Shown: positions 10,678-22,800 of the stretch, in pieces
How the letters are laid out: each line of letters opens with the position of its first letter
How positions within the stretch are numbered: position 1 is the first letter of the stretch
Source: Convolutriloba macropyga
Lineage: Eukaryota
DNA length: 64,000 bases
Direction: 5' to 3'
NCBI RefSeq assembly: GCF_964194025.1
Contig: NC_134474.1
Span: 20,088,001-20,152,000 of the forward strand
The notes under the pieces: generated by a model
What the model was told of the DNA's origin: nothing
The model's input: only the letters and a program-made list of their open reading frames with translations
Database searches by the model: none
Program-made: the position numbers and the translations under genes

Positions 10678-13488
10678 ATGTTTCAAAGTCCTTCTTGGAA
10701 AACGTGTATTTTGTGTCCCGATGAGAAGTTCTACGGAATAAAGGACTTCACATTTCATTTACGCGAGTTGCATTGTAAAAAAGAAGGGGGGTCGTTTACT
10801 TGTCACTATGGAACGAACAATTTATGCCAATTTCTCCCGTTGGAAGGCGTTTCTGATCGTGATTATGAGCAACATGTGCTGAAAATACATGTAAAAATAC
10901 CTGCCGAAATGACCGAGTTAGATTTGGCTCCTATTCTGCCATCAAATGAAGCTCCGTCGCCTCCTTCAGTGGTGGCTGATCAGCAAAAATGGACCTACTA
11001 CAAGTCCAGTGTGAACATGCCAGCCTTACTCAACGACCCTGCAAAAGGAAAGCAATCGGATATTTTTACTCAAACTTGGGGCAGTGATTTTCAGCGAAGT
11101 GACATATCACCCACTAAGAGGCTGCCTGAAATCCCACCCAAGTTGTTCCGCAGCTATCTTAAAAAAACACATTCAAGGTTAAAGACACATTTCAATGATG
11201 CAAACGACTGTCCAGTGTCGCCTCCAGCACCGTCAATAGAACATCAGAAAGAGTCGCAATTGAACGAGGAACTCAAGTCCATTCCACAATTTTATTCTCT
11301 GTCATCATTTGACCTAAATGATCGAGACTTATTCTTTCGAGTCTTTCCTTCCGAAAAAGTTCCACTCAAAGTTGGACCTAGTGATGAATCAAGTTTGTCG
11401 CCTGGAAGTTCAGTGTACAATTTAATGAGTGGACTACGAAATTACCATGAAAAGTTGACACATCAATTGGATATCGTCGAAATGCACATATCGTCGCATA
11501 TATCGAAACAAAGCTCGACGTTCTTCAACGCAATGACATCACATGGTGACATTCAAAAAGACATTCAGCGAACACAGCTTGCTGTCGAAGCGACTCGTGA
11601 AAAGTTATCGAACGCGCATGAATTTGCCATTTCAAATAACCTCCAGTTACTGCCCTTGATTCAGAAACGCCACAGACACTTCCAGATTTTCTCAATGCTC
11701 AGAATGATAGCGACCGTTCAGCAAACGCAACCTACAATCCAGTTGCTTCTGGCTAATTCAGATTACACTGGTGCTCTAGAGTTGATTCAGTTCACTCAAG
11801 ACATTTTGGCTAAAGATTTAGTTGGAGTGAAAGCATTCCGTCATCTTAAGCCGCAATTGGACGAACTGAAGAATGTGATCGATGCTATGGTTGGAAATGA
11901 AATTCGGACATATTTCCACGAAGATCTTGCCAGACCTCTCGATGATACAGAAAATTTTGTGAGTAATGCCCATACATTATCTCAATTGGTTCAAGCATTA
12001 CTTCATTTGAAGAAATATAGTTTCCTCGAATTGTACAAAGAAGAGTGCATTCTTGCCGTTGCTCCGCTATTTAAAAGTATTGTTATAAACACCCTCAGTC
12101 AAAGTGATGCTTCTGATGTGGACACACGAGAATCGCTGTGCGCCCAAATGAGGAAACTCGATTTCAACCAGTGGTTAGGACTGTACAAAGAAGTGTTAAC
12201 AAAAATGATGTTGCTATTGAAACGCGTGCACGCGACGTTGGCGTTGGTCTTAGAAGAAGATAAACGCCGTCTACAAGATGCAGAGCAGCCACAGTTACTC
12301 ATAGGAGATTCACAAGACTTGCAGAAGAATGTTAAGCAGACCCTTAATAATTTATGCGACCAAATCCACGAGAAATGCAAAACGCTTTTATTATCGAGGA
12401 ACAAAAATGGATTTTTCGAACGTTTATCGATGTCGGAATTCGTTCGATTTACTCGAACGTGCGAAGAATTTGCAACAAGTACGGAAGCCCTCATGGATAG
12501 ACGAGGTTCTTCAGTTATAAGATTGACTTTAGCCTCTTGTTCGGTATCGTTCATATCGAAATTCCACGATGACCAGAAAAGCAAGCTTATAATTCTTCTG
12601 GAAAGCGAGCGTTGGATCCAAGCTGAAATTCCGGCTGAATTCCAAAATTTAGCCAGCAATATCGAAGAGAGCGGTTTCTTTGAAACTGTGTTCTCTGAGT
12701 CAGTAAAATTATCTGACCGAATTCTCGACCGGCTCAGCTTCAAAGGAGTTAACTACTCATTAGTCGGAACTAATTTAATACTCCTAAAAATGGTGTCCGC
12801 GTATTGTCAACTAGTTGAACAAGTGCCATCTTTGGCGAGTGATTTATTAACTAAAGTTACAGAGCTTTTGAAATTATTTAATTTAAAGTCTAACCAGCTT
12901 GTATTAGGTGCGCAAGCTGTTGAAATTCTTCAGCTCAAGTCGATTAATTCTAAAAACTTGGCGCTGTGTTATTCTTCGTTGAAATTTGTGTCATCAATCC
13001 TTCCAGACCTGAAATCGTTCTTCGAACGACATTTAACGGCTAACCAGCAAAATACGTACTTAAAGGAATTGGCCAATGCTGGTAAAGATTTCGACCAATC
13101 TTGCAGCGACTTAGTCAATCAATTGTACAGCGTCCTAGAAAAGACAGTCGACAGGCACATAGTTAAATGTCTCACTGATTTGAAACCTCCGGCCCCGAGC
13201 GCAACTATGAGAAGTTTGACGAGCTTGATGGGCAAATTCCATCAGGCAGTTTGGAATATCCTACCCGAATCAATTAGCCTGCAGCTGTTTCAGAAGTGCA
13301 ATGAATTTATATCGAACAAAGTGACGGCAATGATTGAGACTGGAATTGTGAATTTGAATGATGATGGTGATGGTGATAGTCCTAGCCAGATTTTACTGCT
13401 CTCAGAGATGAATTTTTATCAAGATTGTATAAATAGTTTGACGGGACTCGAGGGAATTACTCTGAAGCATTCGTTAATTACCTCATAA
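10678..13488 (+). CDS. VPS54: Vacuolar protein sorting-associated protein 54 (GARP complex subunit), single coding exon, ~936 aa
   Basis: 980-codon open frame with VPS54-type motifs: NMPALLNDP, FTQTWG, EKLTHQLDIVEMHI, SSTFFNAM, ATVQQTQPTIQLLL..DYTGALELI, LESERWIQAEIPAEFQ, LLKLFN..SNQLVLGAQA. ATG 10678 is preferred; in-frame ATGs also exist at 10606 and 10639. AATAAA at 13521. Confidence 0.93.
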   Translation: MFQSPSWKTCILCPDEKFYGIKDFTFHLRELHCKKEGGSFTCHYGTNNLCQFLPLEGVSDRDYEQHVLKIHVKIPAEMTELDLAPILPSNEAPSPPSVVADQQKWTYYKSSVNMPALLNDPAKGKQSDIFTQTWGSDFQRSDISPTKRLPEIPPKLFRSYLKKTHSRLKTHFNDANDCPVSPPAPSIEHQKESQLNEELKSIPQFYSLSSFDLNDRDLFFRVFPSEKVPLKVGPSDESSLSPGSSVYNLMSGLRNYHEKLTHQLDIVEMHISSHISKQSSTFFNAMTSHGDIQKDIQRTQLAVEATREKLSNAHEFAISNNLQLLPLIQKRHRHFQIFSMLRMIATVQQTQPTIQLLLANSDYTGALELIQFTQDILAKDLVGVKAFRHLKPQLDELKNVIDAMVGNEIRTYFHEDLARPLDDTENFVSNAHTLSQLVQALLHLKKYSFLELYKEECILAVAPLFKSIVINTLSQSDASDVDTRESLCAQMRKLDFNQWLGLYKEVLTKMMLLLKRVHATLALVLEEDKRRLQDAEQPQLLIGDSQDLQKNVKQTLNNLCDQIHEKCKTLLLSRNKNGFFERLSMSEFVRFTRTCEEFATSTEALMDRRGSSVIRLTLASCSVSFISKFHDDQKSKLIILLESERWIQAEIPAEFQNLASNIEESGFFETVFSESVKLSDRILDRLSFKGVNYSLVGTNLILLKMVSAYCQLVEQVPSLASDLLTKVTELLKLFNLKSNQLVLGAQAVEILQLKSINSKNLALCYSSLKFVSSILPDLKSFFERHLTANQQNTYLKELANAGKDFDQSCSDLVNQLYSVLEKTVDRHIVKCLTDLKPPAPSATMRSLTSLMGKFHQAVWNILPESISLQLFQKCNEFISNKVTAMIETGIVNLNDDGDGDSPSQILLLSEMNFYQDCINSLTGLEGITLKHSLITS

Positions 13489-13710
13489 TTATTTGCAATT
13501 TCAATTTAATTTATATTTGTAATAAAGATGATCTTTTGAGAAATTAATTAAAGGTGAAATTGTTGTTTTTTGTTGATTAGAAGGATAGATAAGTTTTGAC
13601 TTTTGATATCGTTGAAGCTTAGAACGCTTCTACTAACTTCTGTTCACTCAAACTATGGAGCAACTATCTGTCGACGGGTGTTTTCCACACACATGTAACT
13701 AAATATTTGA

Positions 13711-14335
13711 TAATTGCTCTCAAAATTTGTAGCGTTGATTTGGGTTTGTTGCCCGTCTTTTTTGTGCGATTTACCTTAGCGGGATGATTCCAATTGACGG
13801 TTTCTACTCTTTAATTTTTTTGTAATTAATAAGAGAAATCTACAACAGCCGCTTCATTTTATTTTTTTAAATGCTCTCAAATCTAAATTTGTAGCGATTT
13901 TATTAGTCGTGCTCTTTTTTATGCATTTTTCATACTGCCGGCTTTTCGTCTGAAGTTTTTTTTGTCTGACCATTTGCATTTTTTGTCCTCAAAACGGGAT
14001 AAAAAATTGAATCCCTTAAGGGATTAAGTTGTCTTATTGCTTGACGGCTTACCAGGCTACAAGATGCAATGAAATTCACCGAAACTGTTTAGGATGCAAC
14101 ATCACAGTGTGAGGAGTTTCACCTCCAGCCTATTTCACACCCCCCTCCAATTAATCCCCCCTCACTCAACCTCATTCCACCGGTAACCCCGCTCGCGCAA
14201 CTCCAGCACCCACCCCTCAATTAAGCTGAGGCTAGCCTCTCTGAGTCGTCGCTGGCTACTGATGAAGGCAACTGCTCGCCAGTCGTTTGACAGCAATTCG
14301 CCGGACGTTAGTTCGTTACGTCTGTTTTTATAATC
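13711..14335 (+). mobile_element. Helentron-like non-autonomous element, family A
   Basis: 5' subTIR AATTGCTCTCAAA, 3' TCGTTTGACAGCAATT, then hairpin GACGT...ACGTC and a T-run. The interior is similar to the copies at 51914 and 63179. Confidence 0.6.
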
Positions 14336-14499
14336 CATTTTTAATTTGTTTTTCTGAAAACTAGTTGCGTGGAAGACAGTAGCGTAAATTTGTCATTAGA
14401 GATAATAATGGAATGCTGGATGCACGCAAACAATAGGTCGAATTCAAAGTTGCATAAGTGATAGCTTATTATGATTTTGCAAAATTTGCGATTTATTAC

Positions 14500-14866
14500 T
14501 TTAGCACAATTATTTAAAGTTCATAGCAATAATTGTAAACGTGTGTGTCTTTTTTATGCAAAATTTTCGCTTGACGGTTTTGACGTTTCGAGGGACTTTT
14601 ACGCCCTTGACTTTGTGTGGTTCGCGTGATCTATAATTCTCTCTCAATTACAATTTCAGGCAGCTGAACTCAATTGGCGGCAATTTTTCTCTTTAAATCT
14701 TAATAGTGGTATATCTTAACCTCTAATGTGGTTATTTGAAGCCCACTATTGAACTTCTTAGTCCCATTTAGGCTCCCCTTCCCCCCGACTGAAGCAGGTT
14801 GCAATTGATTAGAGCTCCACTAGTCGTTTGAGAGCAATTCTTCCGACGTTTAGTCGGTTATGTTTC
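14500..14866 (+). mobile_element. Helentron-like non-autonomous element, family A
   Basis: Ends in TCGTTTGAGAGCAATT plus hairpin CCGAC-GTTTA-GTCGG. 14690-14865 is the reverse complement of 47223-47420. The 5' boundary is approximate. Confidence 0.6.
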
Positions 14867-17800
14867 CGTATTGTTGTTCTAATTTGGAAAACGTTAGCTT
14901 CCCGTTGTTTGCACCTCGAGGCAGCGAAAGAAACGTATGCTTGAGAAGAAGTGTTTGTTTGTGAGAGCAAGGCTTCCATCAGATTTTGCTTTTGAATTGA
15001 GGTATGAAATCATGAAGCCAGTTATTCTCTCATTTTCTTCGTATAAAATTAAATAAATGAAGATTTTTTTGTGAAAATATTACTCAGTTGATAAAATGGA
15101 AAAGTTTAATGCGAGCTTTTTTTGTGCTTAGATGGCTCCTTGCTTAAGGTTTAAATGAAGAATTTGTGAAAGTGTTTCTTTGTTTGCTTCATTCGTTCAT
15201 AAAAAGAAATTCTCAATTGAGTATTTCTATTGAGAAGAAAATTGATCCCTGCTAGTTGATTTTTCAACTATGTATGTTGGGAAGACATGTTATGTTTTTT
15301 TTGGAAAGTTTCATAATTGCGAAAAAAAGTAAAACTGAAATTACGGCCGGCTTTTTTCCAACTAATGCTTTGTATTATAACATTTATTACTTTTATCATG
15401 ACAAAAAAGATGCCAGTCAGTTGCAAAATGAGGCCTCTACATGATGAAAAGGTCAAAGTTGTTCCAACACCGCCACATTATTGAAAGTAATAAATTACAT
15501 AAACATTACAAAACTCGCCTAACATGAAATTGTTCTTATGACAGGCAATTTCTAACGGCACAAAAGTTTTTGAGAATGCATCAAACTTGACAAAGAACGA
15601 AAGTTTTTGAGAATGCATCAAAATTGGCAAAATGTTATTTGGTTGGAGCCTGATAAGCTTTTGCACAAGCGAGTTGAGGTCAGCGTCTTTTTATTATAAA
15701 ATTTTAAATCAAGTTTTAGTGCTCTGCTGTTTAATCTTACTAATAAGAAGCAGCATGTGTGCAAAGTCATCATTTTCTGTAAGTTTGTCACATGTCAAAA
15801 TTCCGGATCTATCAAAAAAATCTACAGATCGAGATTACTAAATATTTTGGGGCTTCTTTGTTTATTGCTTTCAAAAGGTTTGAAGCAATTTTGTCATCGT
15901 TTGGTCTATTAATGCAAAATTTTGCTGAAGTATTTTGACTTCTTGATTGACTTGGTTAAAATTGCTCTCCCATTTGGAATTTTAAGCAGCTGAACTCAAT
16001 GGCATTTTGCCAATAAAGGTCAAGTGAAATCCGGGTCGAAATTGTTTTCGAAAATATAAATCTTACTATGAGCCGGTATAAGCTCTAATAACTTTTGAAG
16101 CCTCTTAGGAAATCTTTTTCACCCGCTACTACCATTTGGGCTGAAGCGATAAAATTCGTCATCGTTTGAGAGCAATCAGTCCAAAATTAGTCGCTTGTTT
16201 TTTGCTGTTGAAAGTTCGAGTCGAGTGAGTTTATCATTAAATCTGATGTTTTTTATGCATAATAGTTACTGAACTTTGCTTGAAAATTTCTTAAAGTCAG
16301 CAGCAAAGTACATTAAAGTTCAGCATCAATTTTTCAAAAATACTAATTTGACACATTTCTGCTTTCAATTTTTAATGTTGGAAGACGAGTTGGACAACGA
16401 ATACAACCGCCGTCATATTCTCGACCCGATATTATTGTTGCGTTAATGTTTTCTACGTCTTCAGAAAAAAGTTTGTTTTGCTTTTCCTTACTTCACAGCT
16501 TCGTCTACTCAGCAAAGCAGTCTAAAATGAACGACCGGTTAAACTCATAAAGTCCCGTTTTCGATGGACAGTATTAAAACTTTGTTTTAATTATTCTAAA
16601 GGTCTAATGTTTATTAATATTAAAAAAACTTTTCGCAACAATCAATTTTCTGTGCTTTCTAGCACAACTGGGTTTATGAGAACCGATGTCGGCTATTTTC
16701 CGGCAATCTTGCGCGTATGTAAGACGAAAAATTTGCAAAATTTGTTTGTTCTTTTCAGAGCCTCTTTTCCCCCAACAGGTTTCGTTTTCAGTGTTGTGTT
16801 ATAAGTAAATGTCTAAGGAGGCTTTTTCGCCGCTTTTATCCGGTAACCTCTTCTCAAATTTTCAACTTCTGACATGCTGTTAGCCATGTAGGTTGAAATA
16901 ATCTGCTACGGACCTGCTAGAGTGCATTTGCTCTTATTGTTCTTACCTCTTGTAATGAGGTAAGGAACTCTATGCTAGCCTGCCTTTTCTTTTTTTTTGA
17001 CTACCCTAAATACTGATCTTTCAAAAGACCCAACGGAGTAGAATTTTTCTGCAAATGTGTTTTTTACATTCGCTTTTGCTCATAAAAACATTAGGGAAAA
17101 TCTGGAAGAAACTAAGACAGTTTGAGTCCGATAAAAAGTTGAAATTAAACTTGGGTTTTTAAAGGTAGAGGCCGCGTAATGATAATGAAAGCTGTCTTTT
17201 AAAACTCTCCTAGTATTAGTTGGCTCTGTTCATGTAGGTTTCTTAATACATTTTGAAATGTTCAATTTTGAAGTGCTATAGACTGATAAACCTGATGTTA
17301 TGAGGTAGACGACCCTCCACGTTTGAGCAGAGGTCAAGTTAGAGTTGTTGTTTCCCACCTATTATAAACTTTTGTTGTGAAAAAGAATTATTCGTAAATT
17401 GTTGTAAATTATTGAATTTTTCCGATTGTCGAATTTGTGCAATTTTTAAAAAGATTTTCTCTGACGTTTTTTAGTTTCGTTTCCTCAAGTGAAACGTTAT
17501 CTGAAGAAACAGTTCCTACTGTATAGTGCTACATCGTTCCCAATAATTAGCGGTTTTCAACTTAGGTAAGGAACATTATGACTTTCTGAGCTTAATTATT
17601 AAAAACTTTTTTGTGAAGTTCTGCGTCTTCCTTAATTCATTTTTTCATTGGTTGCTCGGTTTATTCAATGAAATGTCGTCTCAGCTGCATGAAAATTGTA
17701 TTGAAAAGTTTTTGATCTTGATGACTTTGAGAATGGTTATGAAAATGGTTTTGGGCTAGTTTTTCAGTTGCAACCATTCTGTCGTTCTCGCCATTTTCCG

Positions 17801-18044
17801 CTTTTTTAATGCAAAATATAAGCTTTTCACAAGTTAAAGGGTTAGGATAGTATTGGTGCGCTATCTTAACACAAAATTTTTCTTTCAAACACTTTTTTTA
17901 CTTTTAATGTCAATGAGAAGTCACATTTAGAATTGTGATTTGAATCTCTAGAGTGGTAAATCTTAACTATCATCAATTATACAGCAATTACTAGTTATAG
18001 TCATGCATTTAACCGTGTATACATAAAAAAGAAATTGCAAAAGC

Positions 18045-20884
18045 AACAAGTAGGCTCGGTAGAGTGCGTACGCACATAAGGTTCCGACCCCGCTCATCCA
18101 CATCCTTGACTTAATTGGCTAACAAATGATAGAGATAGAAAACTTTCAAAACCATACATATCGTTCAATAAACAACCAATGGAATACAAAAATGCGGTGC
18201 TAGAGGGCCAATGAACGTTGTTGACAATAGGACTACTAGAAAGGAGAATTATAAATATCAAACAACAGACATTATTTACGACCAAAGCTCCATGTCTATA
18301 ATTAAAGTAGTCATAACGAAATCAAACTCGCATCAGATAAATCGTAAACGAAAGAAGTTGACCTTTACCTCAATAGAAAATATATGGACCTGTCTTCAAT
18401 GCGACTGGTTAACAGGTCGACAAGAAAGAGCAAGGAGGTGCGAAGTTCAAAAATACGTTCCGCTTTTGAAAACAATTAATTTCACCGTTATTAATGTCAT
18501 TAGATATCAAAAGCAATCCCTAAAATCTTCATTTATATCTCCATAGGAGTCAATTGAGACGTCATTATCCATTAATCAATTGCGCAAAGCCAATGGGACC
18601 TACAATTATTGTTATATATTAAAAAGAAAACAAAAATCCTATTAAATGTACAAATATAAAAAATCTAAAATATTTTGAAATCTCGTAGTAACAGTAGTAA
18701 CAAAGCCGAGAAACCAAAATTTGAAGCTGAAATCGTTATGGAGATTAAATTAAAGCTCACTGGAAACGGTTTGTGACCTGTGTTTACAGAGACTGAGCTA
18801 CAAATTGACCGAAAAACTTTAAAATAGTTACGAAGCTCAAAAAAGTAAGTATGTTTTTTTTTTAAAATATTTTCATAAGTCCTAAGACTTAAGATTGTAA
18901 CAAACAGCAATGCCTTGAGCTCCAACACCTCAGGAAGCCAATTGCACCTGTTAATAATGAGACTAAGTCACGACCTCGAAAAATAACAAATATATAAAGA
19001 AGCAACAACTTTAAACAATTTTTACGAGAGCACACTGTTCCAGTCGCAATAATTATAAGATGTTACATGCAACAATTGTAAATGGTCACTTTCTGCTCTT
19101 CTTAACATCAAAGAGTCATCCTCATAAAAGGACTACGTATACATGATAACAACAAGAAACCCAAAAATTGAACAGTATAGGCCTCTCGATATTTTTTGTG
19201 AAATTAATGGTCGAAGCAATCAGTCCAAGCGCAAAAAAATGTTTGAATCAACAAAAGTAATTGAGATTTGTATTTAGTGAGATTGAGTGACATGGTTACG
19301 AAAATGAAAGCGAAAAGGATACAGTTGAAAAAATCTTTTTTAAATTCAATTTGAAAGGCATTAAAACAAACAGCTGTAAACTGAAATCTTTAACTAGGTT
19401 GAGTTAAACGTCCTGGAGAAGCAATTGCGACCTTTAGTTATCAGCTATTTGGCGTACAACAACAAAAAGAAAGACAAACGTAGGCAAAAACGTCAGATTT
19501 TTTGAGATAACTTTGGTTCAGCCCTAAAAGCATAAACTATATAACAGAAACAATTAACATATTCCGATCAGCCTTTTTTCAACGCTGTGCATTTCCTCTG
19601 CTATGCTTTTCTTCAATTGGACTTGTCAATAATGTTATAATTCGACAATGAAACAAAATGAACTCATAAAATATGCAATTATGCTCAAAAATTTTAAAAA
19701 AAATTTAAAAAGCGTAGTATCAAAACAAAGAAACCGTTAGTTGAGCGAATGTTCAAAAATTAACCAATATTTTCCTGTAACAAATATATATTCAAAGTCA
19801 TAACAGACATTAAATAACAACTGAAAGAATTGTCTGCATTCATTTATAATCTTCTAAAAGTGAAATTGAGATTTGATTGGGGACAATAAGTCATTGCACT
19901 ACAAGAAAGATAACGAATGAACGCAAAACTCAAGAAGTCAATAAACTTTTTTCGAAAACAGTTGGTCAGAGCAATAAAAACAATGACCATGACTCTGAAA
20001 CGGTAATATAATCTCGTTGGGCTTCGTTTATTGTAAATAGTATCTCATTAATTGAGCCCTGATTTGAAATTCTTGACAGTAATTTACAAGAAAAACGTTT
20101 ACATAGCGGAAATATTTTTGAAAAAAAAAGGTCGCGCCCCATTAAAATAAAATAAATTTATCATAAGGATCCATTGCGTGATCAAGATCAACCCAGTAAT
20201 TGTTGCGCGTCTAACAAAATACTCATTTGTTTAAATGGTTGCGAAATAGATCAATTTTTCAACAAAATTTATCAGTTTGTCAAAAATAAAAAATTGTTTA
20301 ACTATCGAGTTTTAATCTGGAAAAAACTGGCAAATTTATAATTCCAGAAGACTCTCAAAGCCAGTGGCAGTACAACTAACTCGTTTTTGAGCTGAAAAAG
20401 ACTTTGGCATTAGTTTTAAAGTGTCTACTTCCACCAAATTTAAAGTAAGTGGGCTAAAAAACAAATTTGGTCCCGAAAAAAGTCTGAATTTTGAAAAATT
20501 TAGCATAAATTCTAGCCACAAAACTCGGATAGAGCAATTCAGCAACTCTCCTCTATCTTTAGAGATAAAATGTATCACACTAGAGTTAACAATCTGAAAA
20601 AATCTTAGCAAAATTGACGAAATTTAGGTCAAAAATACCGAAAATATGAATAAAAACAGCCGAAATAAGTCTATTATTCACTGAAACTTTAAACCTCGAT
20701 AACTCTGTATAAAAAGCGAAAATTGAAAAAATCTTTTTAATTCCATATTCTACGCTGGACGGGCTTTTCAATGGTACCACTCACAACTCTCTGCGATGAA
20801 TATATCGATCGGTCAAAATTGTCGTAATAAAAAAAAAAACATTTTAATATTTAGTTTCTCCGCCACGAAAGTGGGTCGGAACAA
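18045..20884 (-). mobile_element. Helentron-like non-autonomous element, family B (~2.8 kb)
   Basis: AACAAG...GTGCGTACGCAC palindrome...GTTCCGACCC at the left end and GGGTCGGAACAA at the right. Collinear with 47124-50575. Confidence 0.7.
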
Positions 20885-20909
20885 AAAGTATTTTGGAATA
20901 CCTGTGGTC

Positions 20910-21766
20910 TCAAAACCAATAACAAGTCTGCGTATTCAGACCGCGGGTCTCTAGAAAGCCTACGATGGGAGAACTGCGAGTTTTAAGGCGAAAATAAACC
21001 AATGAAAACAAGTTACAAAAAGCACAAAGAAATACAAAATGAAGGCAAGGCCCATTGCTTTTCTGATTAGACATAATTAATTTTTTAAAGTTCTTTGATA
21101 GCGTGTTGTTTTTATGACTTGCACACTCGGTGTGTTCATAAAATATTAGTGATTTTTCCAGTGTTTGTTCTTTTAGTTGTCTTGGCATTTATTCTCTTTA
21201 ATGACAGATTCAATTGGCTAACTAATGAAGAGTATGGGAATGTATTGAACGTAGTCAATTGATATCTTTCGTTTTTCATAATTTTGATAACAATTGTTTT
21301 GATAAATAAAATTTAATGGATTTTTTTATTTGTAACCGTATGTTACTCGTTGTTGTTTGGTAATTATTCTCACTGATGGCAGGTTGCATGAACCCCCTAA
21401 TGTGGTCAAATTAAAGTTTTTTGTAGCTTATTTCTTGACTTTGGATAACATTTGGTTTGAATTTTTAATAAGACTTTTTGAATCTTGCCTCCATTTGTTG
21501 TAACATCTTTCACTTTGTCCCTGTGTGGAAGTAATCAAATGAAGTTATATGCTTTCTCAACGTTGAAATTTTTGATGATGTCAAGCAGTCCAGTATATCA
21601 ATTTGTATTTTTGATAATTACGTCGGCACCATTTTCCACATATTGCCAGTTCTGTCAATGTGTTTTTGTTTTTTCCTTCGCTTTAAAACTTGTAGTCTTC
21701 CCTTTGTTTTGTGTATGCTTTCCTGGAACCCGTGGTCTGAATACGTAAACTGTTGTTATTGGGTTG
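20910..21766. mobile_element. Non-autonomous element with long imperfect terminal inverted repeats
   Basis: CCAATAACAAGTCTGCGTATTCAGACCGCGGG (~20916) is an imperfect inverted match to CCCGTGGTCTGAATACGTAAACTGTTGTTATTGG (~21729-21762). No TSD identified. Confidence 0.55.
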
Positions 21767-22751
21767 GATATTTTTGACAACACTAATTTCCAAAATACGT
21801 AATTTGTTTTTCAATTCTTTCCCTGACTGTCTCCAATTCCTTTTATTTTTGTATAGAGTTAAATGCTTGATTATAAGAAGTTGTTTCTGTATAATTTAAG
21901 ATAGTTAAGATTTTATACAATTCTTTTGATTTTATATCAAGACTTGTCCTTCTATTCTTTTTTTGATAAGGCTCCATGAGTTTTCTAATGCAACAAAAAT
22001 ATATCTAATGCAATGTATTTCAGAGCAATCATTTTCAGAAATTGGTCCTTTTTCAGTGGTACCCGCAATTGAGGGGGAAAAAGAACTCAACTGGAAGCAG
22101 AATAGTAGATTTGGTTTCAGTTGCGCATTTAAATATTGTGTTAATTACATGAAAGCCCCCTCATAGCTAAACGATATAGCTGTAGTAGTGGATTTCGGCT
22201 GTTCAATTCCCGGTCTTAAAAAATGTTCTTATTGCACCATAGAGATTGATCCGTGGTTAGACTATAGACCTTTGGATGAAACAGAAAGCATTCCAAAAAG
22301 CCTTAAATAATTGGAATCTGTTTATCATTCTATAATCCAATTTTGAAAGACGTCAGCAGAAAATAACATTTGGTATTTTGAAAAGCTTTGATAATTTATA
22401 AAATCGGCTGTTAATCAGCAACTAAAACTACTATTTGATAAGTGCCTCCATTAGATGCATATTTTGCAGCGGTGACCTATTTCAAGTTTTAAGAGCAGTT
22501 TAGTTTTTGAGCTTTCAAGATCAACCATCTGGCATGTTGAGTTAGTTCAACCATGCCGTACAATTTGCATGGCATTTTGAATTACAATTTTTCAAAACAT
22601 GCTCTTACTGTGAAATAATTAGCAAATGACTGTCAAGTTTCACAGTTTTGTAGTTAAATTTACACCTTTTCAATGGGTATAGAAACTTTTTTTGACCATT
22701 CGTTCCACAATGAAATGAAGTGCGTGACGGCGGTATTACTAATTCGGTTTA

Positions 22752-22800
22752 GAACAAGGGTAATCGATAATGTGCGTTTACGCATAATGTTCCGACCCTT
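22752..22800 (-). mobile_element. Family B terminus fragment
   Basis: GAACAAGG...ATGTGCGTTTACGCATAATGTTCCGACCC is a degenerate copy of the family B end. No partner end was found. Confidence 0.45.

Noticed and set aside
12099-12743. 214-aa minus-strand ORF
   Set aside because: Antisense shadow of VPS54 with no recognisable motif.
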